The position numbers and the translations under genes were made by a program. 64,000 nt of DNA, taken from contig OX597836.1 of the NCBI GenBank assembly GCA_951406725.2, positions 49,538,001-49,602,000 on the forward strand, written 5' to 3'. Every line of letters starts with the position of its first letter. Within the stretch, counting starts at the first letter, position 1. The stretch comes from Octopus vulgaris. Taxonomy: Eukaryota. A model generated the notes under the pieces. It was given only the letters and a program-made list of their open reading frames with translations, ran no database searches and was not told the DNA's origin. Below, piece by piece: positions 25,801-38,222 of the stretch.

Positions 25801-26466
25801 GTGGTGTTGGTGGTATTGGTAGTGGTAGTAGTGCTGGTGGTGTTGGTGGTATTGGTATTGGTAGTAGTGCTGGTGGTGTTGGTGGTATTGGTAGTGGTAG
25901 TAGTGCTGGTGGTGTTGGTGGTGTTGGTAGTGGTAGTAGTGCTGGTGGTGTTGGTGGTATTGGTATTGGTAGTAGTGCTGGTGGTGTTGGTGGTATTGGT
26001 AGTTGTAGTAGTGCTGGTGGTGTTGGTGGTATTGGTAGTGGTAGTAGTGCTGGTGGTGTTGGTGGTATTGGTATTGGTAGTAGTGCAGGTGGTGTTGGTG
26101 GTATTGGTAGTGGTAGTAGTGCTGGTGGTGTTGGTGGTATTGGTAGTGGTAGTAGTGCTGGTGGTGTTGGTGGTATTGGTATTGGTAGTAGTGCTGGTGG
26201 TGTTGGTGGTATTGGTATTGGTAGTAGTGCTGGTGGTGTTGGTGGTATTGGTAGTGGTAGTAGTGCTGGTGGTGTTGGTGGTATTGGTAGTGGTAGTAGT
26301 GCTGGTGGTGTTGGTGGTGTTGGTAGTGGTAGTAGTGCTGGTGGTGTTGGTGGTGTTGGTAGTGGTAGTAGTGCTGGTGGTGTTGGTGGTATTGGTAGTG
26401 GTAGTAGTGCTGGTGGTGTTGGTGGTATTGGTAGTGGTAGTAGTGCTGGTGGTGTTGGTGGTGGTA
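19890..26466. repeat. 36-bp minisatellite array, about 6.6 kb and roughly 180 units
   Basis: Unit GGTAGTGGTAGTAGTGCTGGTGGTGTTGGTGGT(A/G)TT, with few substitutions and mostly 3n indels. Confidence 0.95.
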
Positions 26467-27032
26467 GAGAAACGAAAACATAAACACAAAACGAAGCAAA
26501 TGGACATTTTTCTTAAACAACGAACAATTAGAGTACTTTCGTAATATTTTCTCTCGTTTGGCTTAACAGCTCTCAATGTCTGTGTTACTGTTATTCTCCT
26601 TGTCCTGTCTTTTATTGTTTATATTTTGTACTGTCTTTACTGTCCTGTTTTTATTAACATTTTTACCCTTCCGCAAAAAAATCTCAAATTTTATTTAATT
26701 TGCTTTTGCGGGAAGGAATGTTTCAACGAAATCGTGTCTCGCCTTTACCTTCGAAATGTGGAGTACATGAAACAGAGGCAACTGAAGAAGGGGATTTTCC
26801 TTGTGTTGTATGTACTGTACTCTATTTTTTCATTCTTTAAGAAAAATGTCCATTTCCTTGGTTTTGTTTCTATGTTTTCGTTTCTCATTGTGTTCAACGT
26901 TTTTTTAGTGTCCTGTACCCATATATGCATGTATATATACATGTAGATGTAGGTACGTACATATATGTATGTATATATGCATATGTTTTATTTATTAATT
27001 TGTTATTATATATATGCATATATATATATATA

Positions 27033-27073
<41 letters not shown>

Positions 27074-27300
27074 GTTTAAATATTTGTTGTGCAAGATTTT
27101 TTTATGTGAAGTCGTGTGTTGAAACAGATATTGTTATATTTCGGAATCGTCATATTGCCAGACGCACTATATATTTGGTGTTATTTTGCTTCAGTGTTAT
27201 TTATTTTTTACATTAATCTTAATCTTATTTCGGCCAAAGTTCTTTCGTCACACTCCTGTGACCGCATCAGTGTTCCTTTGTTTTCTTCTTTCTTATTTGT
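26467..27300. mobile_element. Dispersed repeat (PLE pLTR-like) with a short inverted copy
   Basis: 26830-27000 matches 10830-11000, and 26467-26520 is an inverted copy of the same sequence. A degenerate hammerhead-like motif lies at 27232-27276. Confidence 0.5.
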
Positions 27301-27500
27301 GTCTCTCCTTACTAACCGTCAGCCATTTTGTATTTCTATTGTATGTCTTTATTTGTGCATGCTTATATCTCTATGTGCGTCTATGTTTATGTAGTGTGTG
27401 TGGGGGGGGGGATGCCTGTAATATTTGTATCTTCTGTTTATATACATTCATGTAATTTGTATTTTGTTTTTGTTGTTGCTTTTGTTCTAATTTTGTTCAT

Positions 27501-29056
27501 GTTAGTTAGTTAGTTAGTTAGTTAATTTGGCTCAAAAGCAAATAGCAAGGCCATGTAGGGGGACATGGAGTTAAGTACAGGGTGGTGTTCATGTAAAGAG
27601 TTCAGGCCACTTGAGGTCCAGGGAGGCTTTGAACAAAGCGGTCGTCGGCATCTTCACCATCTCGTCTGGCAGCTTGTTCCACGGATCCGCAACCCGGACG
27701 GAGAAAGCTCCTCTCCTTCGATTGAAATGAAATCGTCGCAGGTAGAGCTTTTCGGAATGACCCCGCAGCCGACGCTCCGGAGCAGGAGTGAAGAACAGCT
27801 CTTTCGAGAGGTTACACTTCCCGCATATGATGTTGTGGGCGAGAATGAGATCACCACGGCGGCGGCGTTTTTCAAGAGAACAAAGGTCGAGCGTCCTCAG
27901 CCTTTCTTCGTAGGACAAATTTTTGAGACCATGAACCATGCGGGTAGCCAGCCTCTGGACTCTTTCGAGGTGCTGTATGTCTTTGAGGAGATAAGGAGAA
28001 GAGGCTTGAATCCCATACTCCAATATGGGTCTCACCAGCGTGACATAGAGTGGCAGGAATATGGCTGCTGTGAGCATTCCGAATGACCGTCGAATCAAAA
28101 ACAGAATTCCGCGCGCTTTGTTGGCAGCATGGACGCACTGGGCCGAAGGCGAAAAGGAGGAATCCACCAAGATACCCAGGTCCTTTACCTGATCGGTCCT
28201 CTCCAGCAGCAGACGACCCGGCTCGAAATCAAGTTGAGTTGCAGGAGTAGAGCCGACAGGCAGATGACAGCACTTTGACACGTTCAGACACAGGTCCCAA
28301 TCGTTAGACCACTTCCAAATTTGGTGGAGGCATCGACGAAGATCCTCTATACTACCGCGAGGAGCGACCAGTTTGATATCGTCGGCAAATAGAAGGGTGT
28401 GTTGCGTGATGTCGTCGGGCAAGTCATTTATGAAGACTAAGAACAACAAGGGCCCAAGCACTGAACCTTGAGGCACGCCACTGCTCGCACTGGAGACGTC
28501 GGACCGCGAACCATTAACTTGAACTTGGAAGGAGCGATCTGAGAGGAAGGCACCAACCCATCGTACAATATCCGGATGGAAACTATATGCTTGAAGCTTG
28601 ACAAGTAGTAGGCGGTGGTTTACCGAGTCAAAAGCTTTGGCAAAGTCCAATAAAACGATGTCAACAGCATCACTATCATCGAGGATGCGCGTCACCAATT
28701 CTTCCATTACTAGTAAGTTGGTCAAGCATGATCTCTTCGGCACGAAGCCGTGTTGGGAATCAGTGATCGAGGCTGTGTTTAGGAGGTGGAGCATCATACT
28801 TTTCTTAAGGATGGTTTCGAACATCTTGCTGATTATTGATGTAAGGGAAACCGGTCGGTAGTTAAGCGGGTCTTCGCGGCTCCCTTTCTTGAAAATCGGG
28901 CAGATTATCGCTGTTCTCCAGTCTGCAGGTATAACACCCGTCGCCAATGACATATTGAATAGTCGTGTTAAGGGCTCGCAGATGACCGGAGCCAACGCTT
29001 TGATAACCCGTGGGTGTATGCCGTCAGGGCCGTGACCCTTGTTGACATCGAGGCCT
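27501..29056 (-). mobile_element. 5'-truncated CR1-group LINE with uninterrupted RT ORF and (TAAC)n tail
   Basis: ORF 27589-28995 has NYRPVSLTS, QHGF...RSCLTNL, DFAKAFDSV, GVPQGSVLGPLLF, LFADDIKL, KDLGI and YEERL...RGDLI. (GTTA)n at 27501-27524. Confidence 0.92.
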
Positions 29057-29189
29057 TGTGTTTACATCCACCCATTATTATCATTACATATGCTTGTATG
29101 TATGTATAACAACAATATTAGTAAGAATAATAATAAATCTAATCGAAAAAAAAAAGTATATATATATATATATATACATATATACATAT

Positions 29190-32100
29190 ACCGGAGGCGA
29201 CGACACCACTCGGCAGCATCCTGAGCGACCAGGAAGCCTTATTTAGGGAGAGCACTGCCTGCTCCACATGGAGAGGGGCGGTAAAAACCATCAGCTGAAA
29301 AACGTGTGTTGGGTGTAGGACTCATGGTGAGGAATTCCATCACCTCCAAACTGGAAAAGTTACCCACAGGCCACTCGGACCGCATCATATCCATGTGCCT
29401 ACCACTGGAGAGCAAACAACATCTCACTCTCTTCAGTGTTTATGCTCCAACTCTACTGGCAGATCCCGCAGACAAAGACAGCTTCTATTCTGATCTGCGC
29501 AGACTCTTGAACAACACCCCTACAAACGACAAGGTCCTGGTCCTTGGCGACTTCAATGCAAGAGTTGGGAGGGACTCTGAGGCTTGGAAAGGAGTCCTTG
29601 GAAGACATGGAATTGGTGACTGTAATGACAACGGGAACCTCCTGCTCGAGTTCTGTACAAAGCACCAGCTTGCTATTACCAACACAATCTTCCAACAGAA
29701 AGACCGTTTGAAAACAACTTGGATGCATCCCCGGTTTAAACATTGGCATCTACTTGACTATGTGCTTGTGCGACAGCAGGACCTGAAAGACGTTCTACAC
29801 ACAAGAGTGATGCCCAGTGCAGAGTGCCACACCGACCATCGCCTTGTCTGCTGCAAGCTCAAACTGCAGTTCAAACCCAAACCCAAGAAGAAAGGTAACC
29901 CCGTAAAGAAACTGAATGTCGACAGCTTGTGCCGGGAGGAAGTGAAAATCAAGTTCCAAGCAAACCTGCAGCAAAGAATAGACGAATGATGACACCACCC
30001 TAGACACCTTGTGGGAGAACCTGAAATCAGATATCCTTAAGACATCTACAGAAGTTCTTGGGCACACAAAGAAAAAAAGCAAAGACTGGTTCGGTGAAAA
30101 TGACAAGGAGATCCAGGAATTACTAGCAAGGAAGAGGGCAGCTCAACAGGCCCACCTCGCACAACCAGTCTGTCTTGTGAAGAAAACTGCCTTTCAGCGC
30201 GCATACAGCACCCTGCAGCGAAAACTCAGAGAAATGCAGAACGAGTGGTGGGACCACCTGGCGCGGAGAACCCAGCTGTGCGCTGACCTCGGAGACTATA
30301 GAGGCTTCTGTGACACTCTGAAAGCAGTGTATGGCCCCACCCACCTGGTTCAGAATCTCCTACGCAGTTCAGATGGACAGGACCTTCTCACCGATAACAC
30401 CTCCATCCTCGCTCGCTGGTCCGAGCACTTCCAAAGCCTCTTCAGTGCTAACCGTACGGTACAGGACGCTACCATCCTTCGCATTCCTCAACTGCCACTC
30501 AAAGAGGAGCTCAACGAACCACCCACCCTCGAAGAAACGATTGAAGCCATAGGACAACTCAAGAGTCGCAAAGCAGCAGGAGTTGATGGCATCCCACCAG
30601 AAATCTGGAAGTATGGAGGTCCGATGCTCCATGCCAAGCTCATTGAATTTCTTGTCTACTGCTGGAACCAGAGCAAGCTGCCACAGGATCTTCGCGACGC
30701 CATCATCATAACCCTGTACAAGAACAAGGGTGAAAAATCTGACTGCTCCAACTACCGGGGAATCACACTACTCTCCATCGCCGGCAAAGTACTTGCCAGG
30801 GTCCTGCTCAAGAGGCTAGTAGCAACCATCGCTGAAGAAAACCTCCCCAAGAGCCAGTGAGGCTTCAGAGCCAAGAGGCACAACGGATATGGTGTCCGTC
30901 CTCTGCCAACTCCAGGAGAAGTGCCGAGAACAAAACAGCGGACTCTATGCTACTTTCATCGACCTTACAAAAGCATTTGACACAGTGAGCAGGACAGGAC
31001 TATGGCTCATCCTGGAACGACTTGGCTGTCCCACCAAGTTTCTACAGATGGTGATCCAGCTGCACGAGAATCAGTGTGGTCAGATCAGACTCAATGCTGA
31101 CCTGTCGGAGCCCTTCCCCATTTCCAACAGCGTGAAGCAGGGTTGCGTCCTGGCACCGACTCTCTTCAGCATGATGATCAAGTATGCAACTGAAGATATG
31201 GAGGATGAGGATGGGGTGTATGTTAGGTATCATCTGGATGGCAGTCTCTTCAATCTACGGCATCTCCAAGCCCACACCAAGACCAAGGAGAGGTTGATTC
31301 AAGACCTTCTCTTCGCAGACGACGCTGTCCTTGTCACCCACACAGAGCAAGCTCTGCAGCGCATCACGTCCTGCTTTGCAGATGCCTCGCAGCTCTTTGT
31401 CCTGGAGGTCAGCCTCAAGAAGATGGAGGTACTTCACCAACCTGCACCCCAAGAGGAATACCGCCCACCCCACATCACTATCTGTGGTACCGAACTGAAC
31501 TCAACACAGCAGTTTACATACCTGGGCTGCATCATCTCATCCGAGGCAAGGATCGACAAGGAAATTAACAATAGACTTTCTAAGGCAAATAGCTCCTTTG
31601 TACAAACGTGTTTGGCACAATGGTGGCCTGAAGAACAAAACAAAGATCAGTGTCTACAGGGCTGTGGTTCTCACCACTCTTCTCTACGGCTCAGAGACCT
31701 GGGTCACTTACCGCAGTCACATCCGTCTCCTCGAGCGCTTCCACCAGCGATGTCTCCGCATCATTCTCAACATTCACTGGAGTGACTTCGTCACAAACAT
31801 TGAAGTTTTGGAGCGGGCCGAGATCCCCAGCATTGAAGCCACGCTACTGAAGTACCACCTCCAATGGGCAGGGCATGTCTCCAGAATGGAGAACCATCGT
31901 CTTCCAAAGATTGCCCTGTTTGGCGAACTCTCCATCGGCCACCGAGTGAGAGGAGCTCCGAGGAAGCGCTACAAAGACTGCCTCAAGAAGTTTCTAACAG
32001 CATGTCAAATTAACCACCAGTGCTGGTCAGACCTGGCTGCGGACCGTGATGTCTGGCGCCACACGATCTTCAATGCAGTCAGCAAGTTTGAGGAACAAAG

Positions 32101-32260
32101 AAGAGACGCGCTTAAAGACAAGAGACGCAGGAGGAAGACGCGAGCCGCCTCTGACACCACACCGGATGTTACCTTCGTCTGTGGACACTGCTCACGGACC
32201 TGCCTTTCCCATATTGGACTTGTCAGTCATGAGCATGCATGCATGCGACGTGGACAGCTT
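29190..32260 (+). mobile_element. Near full-length RTE-clade LINE (APE endonuclease, RT, C-terminal Cys/His motif), inactivated
   Basis: GVGLMV, SVYAPT, LGDFNARVG, LLDYVLV, TDHRLV (APE). NYRGITLLS, FIDLTKAFDTV, VKQGCVLAPTLF, LFADD, FTYLG (RT). CGHCSRTCLSHIGLVSHEHAC. Several stops and frameshifts. Confidence 0.93.
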
Positions 32261-32289
32261 TCCAACCTTAAAATTAACACTTCTAAGTT

Positions 32290-33450
32290 GACAACAGTAC
32301 AATGCAGAAAATGTAACTTTTCCATCAAATTTTTTTCTCCACAAGTTCATGGCTTCACAGGAATAAGCATGGATAACTGCATCATCATAATCAATTTTCA
32401 GAGTCTTTACTTCCTTTTTAGAAAAAGCAGATTTTGTGATTGAAACATGCTAGATCTGCATTGGGTTGCGGATTTGGTATCCTAGTGTGTATAGAGAACT
32501 CTCAAAGGAAGTCTCATGCAACCACATGAAAATCATGAGATGATAGATGAATGAGCTGGCAGCCATAAAAGCATAAAAGGGGCTTTACTGCTACGCACAC
32601 GAGAGCAATCAGTGTTGTTCTTGGAACATGAGCTGTGTAACTTGCAGTTATAAAACATTCAACACATGTCCTATAAGAATGAAATACAACACTTGGTGAA
32701 AGACATGACAACCAGAAAACATTTAAGCTTGAACAACTTGAAAGAAGCTAATGCCTGGTTGATACAGTTTGAAGCAAAAATGAATACGTTGACGTTGAAG
32801 AAGCCAACATTTCTTTCCACCAGTGGAGTTGAAGCCATAATAAAGTTAAACATTTTTTTTTCAGAATTCAACATATTGTTACAAGAGTTGTTAAGAGTTG
32901 GGCTTTACCAGTTTAGGAAATATATTAAGTACCAGTTAAGGAAGTAACGTAAGGTTTGAAATGTATAAATGCATATTTTAGATAAAGGTAACGATAAATA
33001 TCAGAAGGCAATGTTTTTGGCTATCAAACATAATTTGTTCCTTGCTCACACATGAAGTAGCTGGCACAAAAGAGATAAGCGTACAAGAAAACAGGGAGTA
33101 GGAGACATAAGTTAATTCCTTAATACACATCAAGGTAGTTAGCTCTGGTACTTGGCTGCAAATCTAAAATATCCAATAGGTTTTGATGTGGTAGAAATCC
33201 CATAGTGTGAATAGTGTTCTCGAGGTTGCTTCTGTGGAATGAAAAACTCCAACAGCCTTTCAAAACAATTCTATAGACTTACTGCTATAGAAGAAATGTC
33301 TTGAATTAAAATGTTTCTAATTTTTGTAGGTTTCATACTTTAAAACACCAAACAATCCTTACAAATTAAACAAACAGGTATTCTTTCAATATTTTTCAAA
33401 GTAATTCACTATATTTGCCCACCTTTTGATGTGAAAGTGTGTTGTACTCA
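32290..33450 (-). mobile_element. Possible ancient hAT (Buster-like) transposase remnant
   Basis: Minus strand near 33320-33385 reads PVCLICKDCLVF*SMKPTKI, reminiscent of the Buster/ZBED5 N-terminal P-C-x-I-C...MKP motif. Otherwise very decayed. Confidence 0.3.
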
Positions 33451-33837
33451 GAAGATTACTTATTTGTGAATTCACGATTCTCCTTGAAGTTTGTGACTCT
33501 TCTCAGGTATGTCCTCATCAAAATTACTCTGACAATCTGCGAGCTGAACAAGATGAATACCTCACTCAATAAAGGAACTGATTTTGGGTCATCACAGTTT
33601 GAAATTAACCTTTTTAGTTTTATAGAGTCAGTAAAAGAGTTATATTTTCTCAATGTTTCAAAACTAGCACATTTACAAATATGTTTATTGCTACAGATTA
33701 AATTCAAAACTAAATATCTTCCTATTAATTTATATAAACAGTAACTTACAGTTTTGAACAACTTTCAGGATATAAATTAACTTTATTATTATTTTGTTGT
33801 GTATTTACATTGCATATAATGTGTGAATATAATTTCA

Positions 33838-33997
33838 CGGAGTGGTTGGCGTTAGGAAGGGCATCCAGCCGTAGAAACACTGCCAGATCTGACTGGGCCT
33901 GATGCAGCCTTCTGGCTTCACAGACCCCAGTTGAACCGTCCAACCCATGCTAGCATGGAAAGCGGACGCTAAATGATGATGATGATGATGATGATGA
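33838..33997 (+). mobile_element. SINE 3' portion with (GAT)n tail
   Basis: GGAGTGGTTGGCGTTAGGAAGGGCATCCAGC...GCATGGAAAGCGGACGCTAAATGATGATG. Related copies at about 40250-40400, 44230-44300, 49375-49520 and 57765-57915. Confidence 0.7.
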
Positions 33998-36689
33998 ATT
34001 ATTGCAGCTAAAAATCAGTAAGATATGTTATCAATTTATTTCGAATAACTTTGTACAAACTTTGTTTCTTGTATTATTTCCATGAGTGAACATACAACAT
34101 GTTATATAATGGTCTCTCTTTACTTTCTTTTACTTGTTTCAGTCATTTGACAGCGGCCATGCTGGAGCACTGCCTTTAGTCGAGCAAATCGACCCCAGGA
34201 CTTGTTCTTTGTAAGCCTAGTACTTATTCTATCAGATCTCTTTTGCCGAATCACTAAGTTATGGGGATGTAAACAAGTGATGTTAGGGGGACAAACACAG
34301 ACACACACACACACATATATATATATATACATATATACAACAGGCTTCTTTCAGTTTCCATCTACCAAATCCACTCACAAGGCTTTGGTTGGCCCAAGGC
34401 TATAGTAGAAGACACTTGCCCAAGGTGCCATACAGTGGGAATGAACCCGGAACCATGTGGTTGGTAAGCAAGCTACTTACCACACAGCCACTCCTACGCC
34501 TATATGCAAGATTCCATAGTAAACCAAGAGATTTTATGCCAACACAGCTAAATACCCAACCAGGCATCCATCAACCCATATGTCCAACCGTACTTCCATG
34601 CATTCATTAATCCATCCATCTAACCATGTATATATATACATCCATCCAGGGATTGAACCATACATCACTTCATCTTTCCATGCATCCATCCAACAAGCCA
34701 GCTACCCCCTTATTCATCCAACCATGCAGCGTGACCAATTTCTATAATTGCATATTGAAAACATTTGACTTATATAAGCTCATGATGTTAATCAGTGGTG
34801 ATTGGTTAACATACCTGTCATGTGAGTGTTTGGCCATTTGTCAAGTCCTGTGATTGGCTGAGTATTGCACAGGATTTGGATGGAAGGTCCAATCATGTTG
34901 TGTGTAATATGTTTCAAACAACTAACATTGCATGCGTTCTGGAGCCTCTTTCCTTCCATAAATCAGTGCAGCAAATTATTTACGAGTCAGTGTGAGTTGT
35001 GCAGATCGTGCTGTTTCAGAGGGTAATTAATACATAACGAAGATCATGTTGCCATTGACAACCTAAGTGGAATTGTCAAAATAATGGATGAACAACAACA
35101 AAATTTGTAATGTTTCTTGCTCTGATTCACTGCATCACTTTACAAAAGAATTCATTAGCATTATAATACAATATATGTATACTATAAGAAGATATGATAT
35201 AACTAATATATATCCTACAATTTGTTTTGACTCATACTCATTAGAGAATTTATAAAAATTCACATTTATGCATATGAGTCTATTTTATGATTTAGCAGTC
35301 CTTGCATGAAATTTTAGGAATGGTTGTGTGGTAAGTAGCTTGCTTACCAACCACATGATTCCAGGTTCAGTCCCACAGCATGACACCTTGGGTTAGTGCC
35401 TTCTATTATAGCCTTGGGCCTTGTGAGTGGATCTGTTAGACAGAAACTAAAAGAAGCCCATCGTGTGTGTATGTGTGTGTGTATAGGTTGATGTGTCTGT
35501 GTTTGTCCCCACCACCATTGCTTGACAACCAATGTTGGTGTGTTTATGTCCTCTTAACTTAGCAGTTCAGCAAAAGAAACCGATAACATAAGTACTAGGC
35601 TTACAAACAATAAGTCCTGTAGTTGATTTGTTCGACTAAAGGTAGTGCTCCAGCAAGGCCACAATCAAATGACTGAAACAAATAAAAGAAAGAAAGAATA
35701 TTATCCTCATAAGACTCATATGCAATAAGCGAATTTTATAAAAGCCACAAATGTGGATAGGAGTGGAAACATTGCAGGATGTGTTGGTTTTAATTATTGG
35801 TTATATTTTTTATAGTATTTATGTCTCTCAATCTTTGTATCTATATATCTATCTTCTCTCTGTTTCTCTCTCTCTCTCTCTATATATATATGTATATATA
35901 TAAACATGCATACCTAGCAATCTAATTAGCTATCTATTTACTTATCTTTCTATCAATCGATCTATCTTTTTTGTCTCTCTATCTTCTGTATATGAACGTC
36001 TCTATTTATCTATGTCTGTCTATATACCTATGTATCTGTGTGTCTGTCTTTCTAGTTTCTACCTTTCTGTCCATCCTGCTATCTATCTATCTCTCCTACT
36101 ATCTTCCAATTTATCTATCTATCTTTATCTTTGTATTTATCTATCTAACACACTATCTGTCAACCTATGCTTCTATGTGTCTATGTCGCAAATAGGAAGC
36201 AGGTTTCTAAACAATTAATTATTTGTGACAGAAGCAGTATTAATACAAAAATATAATCATTAGATTAATACAGCTTCTATCACTAATACTTAATGTTTAA
36301 TATGCCTGAAGGCAATTTATGACATTAGCTTCTGGAAAGATAGAGATTTGACAGACATGCAGAGGTCCAAAAGACCGAAATCACATGATATGACAATTCT
36401 GATGTCTGTAGCAGATGATTTTCACCTGTTATCTATGTGGGTCTGCACCTATATGAGAGGGTCTCCCAAGGCTAACAACGCAATATTCAGTGTCCTATCA
36501 TGGCAGCTATAATAAGTAGGATATATATATATATATATATATACAAATTGAGATAGCATATATCCAATATACTGCAAGTGAAGGACCCAACAAAGTTAAT
36601 ACATAAATGTTAAGGATTGCAATGCAATCAATTCATTTACTGTATTATATGGGCAAAGGTAAAATGATTTACCACAAATTACTAATACA

Positions 36690-36940
36690 AGATAAGAAAA
36701 TGGAGAAATACATCTAAATCAAATATCAATTATCAGATAATACTCAATCACATACTTTATTAAACCAGCACATAAGAGACTGTAGGGTTAAACATAAAAA
36801 AGCAGAACAAATCAGTGTACACAAAGGAATGTACATGTTTAACCCTACAGTCTCTTATGTGCTGGTTTAATAAAGTATGTGATTGAGTATTATCTGATAA
36901 TTGATATTTGATTTAGATGTATTTCTCCATTTTCTTATCT
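36690..36940. repeat. Inverted repeat with 106-bp arms and a 39-bp spacer
   Basis: 36690-36795 is the reverse complement of 36835-36940, with no mismatch seen by eye. Confidence 0.9.
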
Positions 36941-37362
36941 GGTTACATATATATATATGCATGTGTGTACATATGTAGATACATATGCATATACACAGGT
37001 GCACGAAAATTGCACACACAGGCAAATGCATACACACAGCCATTGCTTTAAAAATATCATCTTAAGATAATACATAAACAAACAACAATAAGGTTAGTTA
37101 TTAGAGTAACCTCACTTAAATGAAGTTTAACATGTTTGGAATATTCTCACAAGAGTCTGAAATATAAAAAATGTGAGCTTAAACGAGCTGTCCTTGTACA
37201 CGTTGCTTACAAGGTCTTGTTTAAAGTGAAGCATTTTCTTCAAAACTCTTCAATTATGCATGCAATATAAAAATAAACAAACAAATGCATCTGATGCTTC
37301 ATTATTGGTGTTTCAAAGCAATAAACAAATACAAAACAATAAATTAAATATGTCCTCTTATG

Positions 37363-37368
37363 TTTATT
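37363..37368 (-). promoter_or_regulatory. Candidate polyadenylation signal for CCDC25
   Basis: AATAAA on the minus strand about 560 nt after the stop, followed by T/GT-rich sequence. Confidence 0.4.
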
Positions 37369-37695
37369 GTGAAGTTTACTAACAAAGCCACACAAGAAGC
37401 TTGGATGTCTTTACAGGTTGGAATCCCATTTCACTCAGTACAAAATGCTCAGCAGCTGTTGTCTTTCTCTCTCTCTCTCTCTCTCTTCTCCACTGTCTTG
37501 TTACATTTATGTGTATGTGTATACATCTGTAACTACACAAGAATATGTGTTGTGTGTGTATAAAGTTACACAAATATGTGTTTGCATATGGGCTTATATA
37601 ATAAACACACACATATACAAGTACACAAAGACAAACATATGCATACAAGCTCATATACACACATATTACATACAAACATTTTAAATATATATATC

Positions 37696-37746
<51 letters not shown>

Positions 37747-37930
37747 CTACAGAAATCAAATTCCAAAGTATGCTGGGTGTTTGGTGCTTCTTCAAAGTGG
37801 AATGTAATATAGCAAAGAGGTTTGAGAGGGTCTAGATTGGGAAGATGGCAAGTGAGAATTCCCAAAATGAAACAAGTGGTTGTTTACCCATCAAATATTT
37901 GTTGATATCATTTGAAAAAGAAGCTGGAGA

Positions 37931-37963
37931 TCACATGAAATCATCAGAGTCATTGCCAGAGTC
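37931..37963 (-). CDS. CCDC25: CCDC25 last coding exon (DSGNDSDDFM*)
   Basis: Acceptor TTAACAG, 33 nt ending in TGA. Resembles the known C-terminus DGNDSDEFM. Confidence 0.92.
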   Translation of the reverse strand, partial: DSGNDSDDFM

Positions 37964-38222
37964 CTGTTAAAATAATAATAATGAGTCACAATCATTATGT
38001 CATGGGGTAAGAGAAAAAAACAACATGTTAATGCTAATTATTATACTTTTATAATAGACACATGCGTGGCTGTGAAGCTGAGTAATTTGCTTCCCTATCA
38101 AATGGTTTTCAGTTCAGGCTCACTGCATGGTACCTTAGGCAAGTGTCTTTTACTACTATTATGATTGCATTTGGTACATGGAAGCTGAAAAAAAGCATAT
38201 CATGTATGTGTGTGTGTGTGTA

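Noticed and set aside
19732-26483. Silk/fibroin-like GSGSSAGGVGGI ORFs and His/Tyr-rich or Pro-rich ORFs
   Set aside because: These are alternative frames of one minisatellite. Starts fall inside a SINE or a repeat, no signal peptide or terminal domains are present, and the common variant is non-synonymous in these frames.
26467-26576. Hydrophobic signal-peptide-like leader of the 2301-aa and 2221-aa ORFs
   Set aside because: The sequence is a copy of a dispersed repeat also present at 10830-10890 and 26830-26890.
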